From Sphyrna mokarran (taxonomy: Eukaryota), in NCBI GenBank assembly GCA_024679065.1, contig JAGIQG010000010.1:12834001-12898000 (forward strand): DNA of 64,000 nt, written 5' to 3'. Under the pieces are notes generated by a model. The model was not told where the DNA came from. It made no database searches and worked only from the letters and a program-made list of their open reading frames with translations. A program made the position numbers and the translations under genes. Each line of letters opens with the position of its first letter. Within the stretch, counting starts at the first letter, position 1. This document shows positions 41,029 through 53,000 of the stretch, piece after piece.

Positions 41029-44000
41029 GATGTCTCAGGAATTGGGCTGCATTGCCCAATCCTTATATTTTAGGTCTTGTGCCTTACCACCACCTCGAGA
41101 GGGAGTTACCAGAGGACTGACTGCATCTATGGAAATATATGTCAGCAAGAGGCAACATCTTCAGAATGTAAGAATGCTAGAAAAAAAAAGCCAGCTGAAA
41201 ATAAAGGAACAGAATCAAAAGCTTCCATTGAAGTTAAGGTTAGAGCTTAGTTTGAACATTCTCTCATGAAGCAGCTATACTCCGAATGAATTAATCTTCG
41301 GACTTATTGGCAAATGAGCAAAAAGCAAAAGCTGATCAAATGTTATTATACATAAAATGGATAACAATTTGCCATTTTTGTTCATTTAAATTCCTTTTAA
41401 GTTGAACCCCAAAACCAGGGTATATTAATGTGAATACAATTGAAGCTAAATAAAAAGCAAATTACTCAAGCGATGTATACATATGATCTTTCTAACTGGA
41501 ACAAGAAAAAAAATGCATTAGTTACCTGGGTGAACTTGTCTCATGTGATATGTTACAGGATATTGATGGGATTCGCCACATAGTTCACATATTGTGTCCT
41601 TCTCGGGACCTCCCATTGCAAGCTGTGCCATTTCTCCAAAAAGATTTCCTCTCGGTCTGGCCTCTGCTTTATCTTTTTTCTTCTTTTCTTTCTTACTCTT
41701 TTTGTTGTCTTTTTCATTTTCTTTTTTCTTCAGTATAGCACTCGAACCAGGGCTGGGAAAGATCATGTTCTGAGTGGCTGCTTTTATGGTTGCCATCGAG
41801 ATATCTTCCCAAAAAGCAACAAGGTGCTGCAAAGTAAGAGGCAAAGAGGACCTACTTTTTATTGAATGATGGCTCAAAGTTTCATAGGCTGTTGAATCTG
41901 CTTTTCCATCTTCATTTTTCTCTGGCAATGGAGGTTCCTTGAGCATTGAGAGCACCTTATTTTTATTAATACTGCCCATTTTAGATATGTCTGGACCATG
42001 AGGAGCAATATTAAACATATTTAGAGCAGATGATATTTCCAATGAATGCCTATTCTTTAGTTTGGTCTCTCGCTCTTCCATGCCTTGTTGGCTGTGAAGA
42101 CTGCTTCTCATTGGTGCATATTCTTTACTAAGGTCAGGATTAAACTTCAAGAAAGATGAACATGCCATTGCATCATGAACAACCCCTTCATGCCATAGGA
42201 AAGCTGCAAATACTGCACGGGCACATTCAGCGACAGATGGAGACATTGCTTGCTTTGGTGGCTCGACAGTTGAATTACTCTCATCCCTGAAAATGGTTCC
42301 CATTTTTTCCTTCTTGGGTCTTGTGTGTCTGCCAGTACTCTTACGACTCATCTTAGGCGACGATCTAGTTTCTTGCTCTTCTTTGGGTGGAGCCTTTCCA
42401 ATGCTGAAATGGACCTTTGGACAGGAGTCATCAGGGTTTTGCATTTCAGTTATTTTTTCAGAGACTGCGTCTGAATTACTGGTTGTTGTTAGAGTGCTAG
42501 ACGTACAAATCGCAACTATCTCACTATGAAGATTTTCTTGAACTACTTGGGGGGAAGGCGTCCTGTTCTCAGTGTTGGTAGCAGTTTTTGCCTCTTTGGG
42601 TAGTAATTTTGGTTTAGGCGAAGTTGACCGCCCTCTTAAAGGCTCCATTAGAGGAACCTTTTTCTTACGAACTGTATCAGGGTCCAAAGTGTACGAGTCA
42701 GATTTTGATCTCTCGCGTGGTGGTTCCAATCTTATTTTTGCCGTTGTGTTAGCTTTATGAATTAAGTTCCTTTCATGAGGAGAAGATGGTCTTGGAGAAT
42801 TGGGACTTGATGGGCTGCCTTTCCCAGATGAAAACTTCTGCTTTGACAACGTTGACCGTGATCCTGGTGTTGGTGACTCTGCTCTTAGCCCAGCAGCGGT
42901 CTTTTCATCTGTTTTTAGTGACTGCAGCGTGTTATGGTTTGGAGAAAGCGATCTACTATGAGAGTCTGATCGCAATTTGGCAGTGTCAGATTTAAGCATG
43001 AGGGATTCACTTGCAGACAAGTTTTCTGCATTTTTTGTCTTTGTTTGCTCTGCAGCAGCCTTGCTGATTCGACCTTCAATTTTTTGTAATCTATTTTCAG
43101 TTTTGTGCTTACAGGATAAATCAAAGTTTCCAGATGGTCTTCCAGATAGTACAACGTTTCCTTTATCACCTGAAAACAACATTTTGGAGACAGAGTCAAT
43201 CATTTACTACTTCAACTTCAGAACAAAGACAACCTACGTCATTATATTTTCCATTGCTGCATAGATGGATGGAATTGCAGCAATATTTGTCAGATATGAA
43301 ATTTTAAATAAGTAAATTTAATATATAGGTTATTTCTCAACGCTCTTATAACAGTTAAGAATAGAATGCACTTCAGTCCACATTTCACAAATAATTAGCT
43401 TTCTTCTAATTTAAGACTGCAGTAGCAAAGAAACATCAATAAAAGGGGTGCATTGTTAGCATTATAATGAAAATAAACAAAAATGCCAAGTCAGTTAGGG
43501 TAGCACAGTGGTTAGTAGTGTTGCCTCAGTGCCAGGGACCTGGGTTCGATTCCAGCTCTTGTTACTGACTGTTTGCACGTTCTTCCTGTGTCTGTGTGGG
43601 ATTCCTCCCATTTCCTCCCACAGTCCAAAGATGTGCAGATTACGTGGACTGGTCATGCTAAATTGCCCCTTAGTTTCCAAAGACATGTAGATTAAGTGGA
43701 TCAGCCATGATCAAAAAATCTCAATCTGCATAACTTTGCATTAAAAAAACAAATTGCCTTGGTTAGGCTACTATATTATCCTCATTCCTTAAGTCACATA
43801 TGAAAATGGTAAAGTGGGGTCTCCAAATTTTAAGTGCAGGAAGAAAAACACAATATTTCAGTATAAAATATATTTAAGCTTTCAGCAACTGCAACAAACT
43901 ATCATTTGCAAACTTTTGGGGCAATCTAAGAGATCATTGAAAGTTATCATAGAATCCCTAAAGTGCAGAAAGAGGCCAATTGAGCCCATCAAGTCTGCAC

Positions 44001-47000
44001 TGACAACAATCCCACTCAGCCCCTGCACCCGTAACTCTACATTTATCTTGCTAATCCCCCTAACCTACACATCTGGGGATGCTAAGGAACAATTTAGCTT
44101 GGCTAATCAACCTAACCTGCATATCTTTGGACTGTGGGAGGAAACTATAGCACCCAGAGGAAACCCATGCAGACATGGGGAGAATGAACTCCACACAGTC
44201 AGCCAACATAGAATTGAACCTGGGTCCCTGGCGCTGAGAGGCAGCAGTGCTAACCACTGTGACAAACTCAAAAAAATTTCTAAACTGACTGGAACACCCT
44301 CAAAAGTCTCAAGAACTTACTGAAAAAATACTTCAGCTCTGCAGTACAAACTAGTGAAACACTTAGATCCAAAGGTTTTTGGAGGAACCAGTGTACAAAG
44401 CAATAAATCATTCTGCACGGTTATCAAAACATTGTCTATGAAGTCGATAAAAAAATGCAATGTACGTCAATGTGAATTTATAAGCAAGAGCAAAAGCAGC
44501 ACTGTTATCCTCTGCAGGAGTCCAACAGTCACAATGTTTTTTTTCATCACTACATGCATACCCACCCTTTGACTTCAGAGACACAGAGCAGACACCTGAC
44601 CCAGGGCCTGAGGGACTATTACTTTTGTATGAGCGCTCACGTGAAGCAAGGCTGCGTGATGAAGTGTCTACAGAGGAAGACAGTGGCAGATAAGCAGCAA
44701 AGATTCAATGACAGAAATGCTTCAGCAGCAAGAATTAGCAAAGAAGCTATTTACAGATACATTTACAAGTTTAAAAATGTCAGCTTTAAGTTTTGAAATG
44801 AGATAAAACTTGGTAGTTTTGTTTCTGTTTTTACTTCTGACAATTCAGCACATGTTGGCGTTTTGTCAGTCAGTGCTAATGCAATGGAACCAACTATTTG
44901 TTAAAAAATCATTGATAATTGTAAGGAGCATCCCAGTCTGCACAAGTTATGCTCAAATAACAAAATGCTGTAAACTCTGCATCAAAAGAAAAATGCTTTA
45001 AAACTGGTGTACAAAATTTAATTTATTATAGTGTTTTACTGATGGAAAAAAGTTTAGAGAACCATAATAGTAAGGCAACAGGATGGAACATGTTAGGCAG
45101 ATGAGACAGACAGACTTACTCAGAAGCTGCGGTTGAGACTGCGGCAAGGAAAGGGGTTGTCCAAACACAAATGGGCTGTGAACAAGGGAAGAGGAAGGCT
45201 TTGCAGCTTGACCAAAGACGCTAGAAGCTGGAAGGAAAGGCTGTGACTGAATGGTATTCAGTATGGCACTCAGCTGGTCACCTGTAGCAGGCAAAATTAA
45301 GTAAGACTATGTTTGGTTCCTTAACTCCCTCAATTGATATCTTCCAATGATATTACATTGGCATGAAAGTCTGAGGAACATGAAACTAATTTTCATGCTA
45401 CTCCACAATTATCCAGCAAGTTAAAAACACACGTAGTGAATGAATCACAACATATAATCTGGCCTCAATTGTTGGATACCAGCTTTCAAAGCAGTTGTGT
45501 GATAATTCTTCGTGATTAGTCTAAGTGGACTATCATTTCTAAAATCTAGGGATACACTGTATTAATGTAATTCCCATAAATCTGGGAGACTACCTTTCAA
45601 AATAGGTACACAAGTAGCAATACTCTTGCATTATCACTGTTGAAACTTTTATTCTGGATTAAGTTCAAAGTTCAGCATGGATTCCAATCATTTTATTCTT
45701 TTGAGGTGCAATATCAGGAACAAAGCATCAAGTGTCCCTGAGCTAATCTTGTAAACAGAATTCATGTACATCCATTAAAAGTACTATTATAGATGTATTC
45801 TACTGTAGGAAATTTCAGAATTCTGGGGCTGATTTCAAAGACAGACAGATGCTAATCTTTTCCAAGTTTCCACAGTAGCCAGTTTCAGAAATAGAATCTG
45901 CTGTTCGCCAAAACTCAGATGAGTGTCTTTCTAACTAATCTGTTAACTCGGGAGTTGTGATAATTGGGCAGAGACAGCTTCTTTCAAGGTCCTTGTAATT
46001 CTTCTGTCAGGCTTTCCTTCAGGGTTCCTACACCGAATCCTCAATGGCGATTGTACAGGACATGACCACTTGGCTGGTCATGTTTGTGTCAGCTTTCTAC
46101 AAGGATCCAGCTTGTCTCATTCCCTAGCTTTTCCCCATAGCTCCATTCCATTCCATTTTCAAATGCTTCAGATCTGTGAACGATGGATATCAATTTATTT
46201 TAACCCCCAAGTCTGTGGCACTCCCATCCTAATTCTAGTTTGCCATCACTGACATATTGATACTCAGCTTGACACAGCACTTAGTCAAAGAAAATGCTTC
46301 AAGAAATTCTTGGTTCAGAATTATTTCCAGGACACACAGGAATGCCCACATTCTCCACCTGTCAAGGAGACACCTTTCAGAATTTCGAATTCTGTTCCAA
46401 GGAAGGATAATTCCCAGAGATGTTGAAAATATTCACTGACTACCTCTAATAGGAAGAACTGTCTTCCAGGAGTCGAAGATGGCTTTTGAGACAGATTCAA
46501 GATGTGCAGACTTTCTGGCAACTGGGGCATTTGCTATCGTGGGAGTTAGAAAATGGGCAACTACATAATACAAGGTTGCACTGCAGACAAAATGCATTTC
46601 CACAAATTGCTAAGAAAGAATATTCAAATAAGGTGGAAAGCTCAGTCATCAACATGTGGTCCTGCAATGTGTAAGAGGAATACAAACGAAAACAAACACA
46701 AGTAGACTGCTGCCACAGAAAAGCAAATCTGCTCATATCTTGGATGCAAAAATTAGATGAAAACTTTTATTGAAATTGTGCATGAATAGTGTATTGCGAC
46801 ATTTGCTAAGTTGGTGAACAAATTGCAAAAATAGAAGCAACTATCCTGGAGGTATACTCTGTCTGAAAAGCGCACACTTCAGCCAAACTACCTGATGACC
46901 TTAAAGCTAATTTTGTTTATACTTAAAAGGAGAAAGTATAGGATTGGACAGAGTACCTTACAATAATTTGGACCAAAAATAGAACCTATCACCTGGCATT

Positions 47001-50000
47001 CATGAAACTCTTACAGCATCAAAGGAAAGCCAGCTGTTCAAGAAGCTTGGTTCAACCTACAAAATTACTGCAGCAAAGGGGCATTCCAAGTCATGTACAT
47101 AGACGGATTTACTTGAAACAACCCTGTACAAATATATTTAATAGTAACCTTGATGTCCTAGTTCAAGCATTGCCTGCAGTACACATCCATAGACCCTTAA
47201 AAAGTTAGGGAACTTTAAGGTCAAGGAATAGCATCAGCACTTGAGTGGCTAAAAATCCACTTATAAAGCCACTGTGCAAAAAGATTTTTGGTTAAATTCT
47301 GGGTTATAATTGGCTTTATGGCTCCTAAAAACAGCTGGCTTAGAAAATTTGATCCCCACTATGTCCTTCATTTTTGAGAGAGCCTGAGGAATCTGTTAGC
47401 TGAACTTATTCTCTGGTGTGCAAAGTGCTTATTTTGGACAAGGCCTTTGCCAAGCTTCTGTTGTTTCAGGACAATGACTGAAAATTCATTTTAAAAAGCA
47501 TGAAAATTTTCAGAAGGTGAGACTGCATAGTTGGTTCAGAAAATCTATTAGGCTGGTCTTTACCACAAACTTCTTGTATTTATTCGAGATTGGTGTTAAA
47601 CAGATTCTCCTCCTTCACACCTCCAAAGTCATTCTGAGGAGATTTGAAGATGCTCAACACCTGGTAAATGCCTCATAAAACATTTAGGCCAAATAGATAC
47701 AAGTAGTCAAACCAAGTCTGACCAAGAATAGGTTTGGCAAATAATTGATGTCCAAATGCAAGGTGAAGAAAAGCTCTATAGAAATAGAATGCTTTCAGAC
47801 TCCACCAGGGCTTTAGCAGCTCTTGAATTTTAAGCCATACTGCCCAGAAGGAAGTATGAAATACAGGTTCACTGCTTCTCTACAAAGGGAAAAAAGGAGT
47901 ATTCCAAGTATTGTTAAGCGATCAACCCAAGGATTTCCTGCAGAGCTGAGTGGACAGTTTTAAAGTTACTTGGTTCAAAAATATGTCAGTTAAGGCCCTT
48001 GTTTTATCCAGGATCTAGATCATTAATTAGTAAAAGAAACAAACAATCTACTTGGATGGCAGTATGGAGTTTGCACAATCTCCCTATGTTTGCACGAATT
48101 TCTTCAGAGTGCTCCAGTTTTCTTCCACAGTCCAAAAATGTGCAAGTTAGGTGGATCGGCCATGCTAAATTGTCCTGTAGTGCCTTAAGATGTCTAAGTT
48201 AGTCGGGTAAATATGTTGAGTTACAGGGATAAGGCCTAGATCAGATACTCTGAAAGAGTTGATGCAAATGCAATGGGCCAAATGACCACCTTCAGCACTA
48301 TAGAGATTCTATCATTCTATACTTGAAGGAATTTAAAAATAAAATTAAACAGAGCAAAAAGGCAGCATACTGAGGTGCAATAAACTTATTCAGGTGTTTG
48401 ACAGCTATTTTACGCACGATTGAGATGCTCAAACCTTGATGAATGCACAACTAGCTGCATGAATTTCCTTGAACTATTTTCCATAAATAGCAAACAAAAA
48501 TAGAATCTTTATATTACAGTTCAGTCATTCTGGAAGCCAACTAATGAAGAGAACATTTCAGGCTGCAGTGATTAGACTGCTCAAATGTGCCAAGTGAAAA
48601 TGTAGGCTGTTTAAGAATGTTTTGATATACAAAATGAGATACAAAATCTACATTATTCAAATTACTTAAATTTCAACATGAATTTTGAGCACTATGTTGT
48701 ACTCTCAATTTTACAATGTTATTGGACAGATAAAGCTCAACAGATTCCATTGAATTAGCAAAGAAACAAACATTATTTTGGAAGAAGAATGGAAAATATT
48801 ACCTTGTTATAGTTAGGCAGTATTTCTTCCTAGTTTTACTTGAATACAGAAAAACAAATGCATACACCATAACATATCCAACCACAACATTCCCCCACTT
48901 ACCAGGCTCCGTGAAAGATCCCAAATCAAGGTCTGTCGTCATTTCATCTTTAAAAAAGACAATTGGGATAAATTTAGCATAAAACTTCATTAATGCAATG
49001 TTGTCAATTTACTAGTGGTGCAATTGCTTTTTTAAATACAAAATGAAAGCCACTGCAGCGAATGAAAAATGACTGAATATAGCACATCAAGAATTTGACT
49101 CAAAGTTCTTGTAAGTAAACTACCACTGAATTCTCAATGTTTGCCTTGAAAAATGCTGTGGCAAATTAAAGGCTTTGAAGGATTGCTCCGCAATGCTATT
49201 TAAAATGAGTCAAGAAGCTCCATATCTCATACTCTCATTCCAGGTAATTTCCTGTTTCAAAAGAGTGAGCAGGATTTCATTTTCAACTGGTCATGAACTC
49301 AAAATTTTATCTTTGTACTGGAACTGGGCATGAGCATTTAGATTTCCTGATAGGTGTTAAATTGGAGTTATACCAGTGATAATTTGAAACCAACACTCAA
49401 ATATTTCTAGGATAAAATCAAACAACTTACTAACTACATAAAAACAAACATGAATCTGGTGAAAATTTAGACACTGGCATCTAAGTGACAGGAGTCCATT
49501 TTGATGCCAGCCACAACATGTCAAATATAAATGATGTGTAAGTAAAGTATGGTTGATTTACACTGGCTCTACACTATTAAACTGTAGTATTATTTTCTGC
49601 AGTCATTAAGTTATGGCATTAATCATGCCATTCAGTTTGTCAGAAGCCTTTCCCACTTCCCAATGTCTCATCTCAGAAGAATAGAATGAAGATAAATCTA
49701 ATCAGAGTTATCAGTTTTAAGGCCAATAAACCAAAAATTTCCTTTAGAATTATTTCTGACACATACACTGCATTCATCTTAAACCATATTAAAACAGTTG
49801 AGGTCACCCTTTACATTCCAAATTTCTTCAGTCCTTTATGATATTTGAAGAAGCTTTTGGCTTTTTGCTGTTCTGTAACACTGCAAATGTGAAAATGTTC
49901 TTCCAATAAACTATCTGGACTTCGCGTGATGTCTCAAGACTTGCAAATACTTCAAAGGGCAGCATAAAGGATTCACCACTGAATAATAGGAAACAAAATG

Positions 50001-53000
50001 TGGTTGACTCTCAACTGCCCTCCACGGGCAACTAGGGTTGAGCAATAAATACTGGCCAGCCAGCAATACCCATGAATAAAGGAACAATACCAACAACTTG
50101 ACAAGCCAAACAGAGATGTTCTTCAATAAGAAGTGGGAAAGATTTAATGCTTTGGTACTTTCAGATGCCTGATTGTAGTCACAGAAAGTCAGCTGCTTAC
50201 ACAACTGGCCAAAGTCTTTTCAATAATTCCACCATCACAGAAAATCCTAAGAAATGAGTCTATGAAATGACAGCCAGCAGATGGCAGAGTATAAAAATGA
50301 AGAGAAGCCAATTTTGAAAAGAAGTGAAACCAACTCAAAAAGAAAACTGACCTATGTGTCTATGCTTCTTATGCTGAAATCATTTTACTTAAATTTTTTA
50401 GGTTCACACAAAAGTGAATCCTTCCACTTTTTGGAGTTATAAACAACTTGTGTTCATGTAGCACCTTATAAAACATCTCAAGGTTCTTCAGGGGAGCATT
50501 ATAAAACAAAATTCGTCACAGAGCATTATAAGGAGATAGATTTAGGGCAGACAACCAAAAGGTTGTCTGACATTAGTCAGAGATTGGTTTTAAGGAGCAC
50601 CTTCAAGGGTAGAGGGTTAGGGAGGTGGAGAAGTTGGAAGAAGAAATTCCAGAACTTAAAGGTTTATATTAATAAGCATATTTATAGAAGCCACTTCATA
50701 CTTGTGTTACAGAAATGCCTATTATATTTAATAATACCAAAAGCAGCAGGATCAGAGACTAACTTATAATTTTTATTTCTAAACATCCAAATATTTCCTA
50801 TTGTGTAGCCTAAAAAAATCTGGAAATAAACTTAGGCCACTGAGCAACAAAAACAAGGCAGTGCAAAATTCACAGAATGTGGATTTCCTCCAATTAAATA
50901 AACAATGATGTTTGCACACCTTTGGCGTTTGCAAGACTGTAGTCAAATCCTTGAGAGTTGTTGCCACTTGCACTCCTGTTGAAGGCAGGAGCAGTGAAAG
51001 GACTGGGAGGTGGTGTCTGAGGTGCTTGATCCAATAGTAGTTGCTCTGTCAAAGAAAACGATTTTAATGGCTTTTGCAAAAATTGTGAATTAAGTGAGAA
51101 CAACTTAGCTTCTTTAAAAACTCATTTGCATTTGGCGGGGTCAAAATTTATTGAGCATAATTCTGGCCTTTTTCCTGCAGCGTTTCATTTTCAAAAAAGT
51201 CTGGGGTTAGAATCAACTCAGAATACCTTCTGGCTAGAAGAATGGTGGGTAAACAGAAGGGGGAAAGAACAGCCATTATAGAGCAAAGAAACAATCCAGT
51301 TGGTGCTGTGGGGTCCTATACTTTGTAACAGATGGATGAGCTTTGGAACAACCTCAAAAACGCCAGTTCATACTGGAAAAGAGAGTTTTGCATTTGAAGC
51401 CAAAAAACAATTTCATAAATTTGGTTTGCACTCTTGGTAATTCAGTGGGACACACCCAAAGACAGCATGCCCTGACTTGAATAAATTAGGGCAATCTTGA
51501 AACAAAACCTGCAGATTCTTTGATTCATATTGGTAACAAAAAGAAGTGGCAAACAAATTACATCATTTCACCTGGTAAGCAGCAATGCAAGCTGTGGGAT
51601 GTTCTCCATGCAGGAAAACACATCTTCACTTCACAGCCTGAAATTATGGTAACAATTTTGGCCATGGTAAAATTGCCCCTTAGTATCCCAAGATGTGTAG
51701 GTTAGGTGTATTAGCTATGATAAATGTGTGGGGTTACAGGGGAGGGGATAGGGTGGGAAGAGGGCCTGGGTAAGATACTCTGCCAGAGTCAGTGCAGACT
51801 CAATGGGCTAAATAGTGTCCTTCTACATTATAAGGATCCTATGATTCTATGAAGTTACCACCTACAGAGTCAGTTTCCAAAGGTATCCACTATAGAACTA
51901 TGGGCGGTTCTGCTGCCTACTCCATCATGATCAGACATTCTTAAACTGCTTAACTCCTAATCTAGGACGTTGGTGCTTTTAAGCAACTCTACCAAAAGAA
52001 TGGAAGACTCTGCACTCATGACATACCCATTAAGTTATGCAGACCTTAAATATTGAGTTTCAATTCAGTCATTAAATCACTGTTTATAGAACACATTCTC
52101 ACAAAATCTGTCTAAAGGTAAAACACTGAGATGATTAATCCCTTCCCGCCTGGAAGTCCATGAATTTTGGCTTCTGTTCCAGTCTCACCAACAGTAACCA
52201 ATCTCCTTGTCACGAGTGGCTGAATATATATGGTGTGTTCCTGGTGGGATCCCCACTATTAAAGGAAGGCCATCATTGATCGTCTGGGAAACACTGGCAG
52301 TTCTGTTATAATACCGGAGCAGACGGACAGCTAAAAGGACAACACTATTCTAACCCCGCTGCTGTCAGCGGAAACAAAGGTATACATAACTAAGTAACTG
52401 ATAATAGACTGGACAGGTGCAACTGCTACAAGGTCTTCATGAGAAATTTTTAAAAATTCCTGTGTAAAACTACAGAATATGGAAGACTCAAAAATGGAGA
52501 ATTCAATGTCATAAGAACATAAGAAATAGGAGAAGGAGTAGGCCATCCAACCCCTCGAGCCTGCCCTGCCATTCAATAAGATCATGGCTGATCTGCAATG
52601 GTTCAGTACTACTTTCCCGCTTTTTCCCCGTAACCCTTAATTCCCTTGTCAATCAAAAACCTATCCACTCTTGACTTAAACATATTCAGCGAGGAAGCCT
52701 CCAAAAATTCAACAGGCAGAGAATTCCAAAGATTCACCACCCTTTGCGTGAAGAAATTCCTCCTCAACTCTGATCTGAACCACACCCTCCTAATCTTGAG
52801 GCTGTGATCTCTAGTCCTGCTATCTTTAAGTGGGAAGAGTCTCTCAATCTCTACCCTATCCATTCCCTTCATTATCTTATACGTCTCTATAAGATCCCCT
52901 CTCAGCCTTGTAAATGCCAAAGAGTACAAACCTAGCTTATTTAGTCTCTCCTCATAATCCAACGCCCTCAGGCCCGATATCAGCCTAGTGGACCTTCTCT

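Noticed and set aside
40822-41073. ORF with poly-Gly
   Set aside because: Artefact of the G43 run.
41550-43264. Several plus-strand ORFs over the large exon
   Set aside because: Antisense shadows of MYCBP2 coding sequence.
43814-44323. 169-aa plus-strand ORF
   Set aside because: Largely the antisense of an HE1-like SINE; similar peptides recur at other SINE copies.
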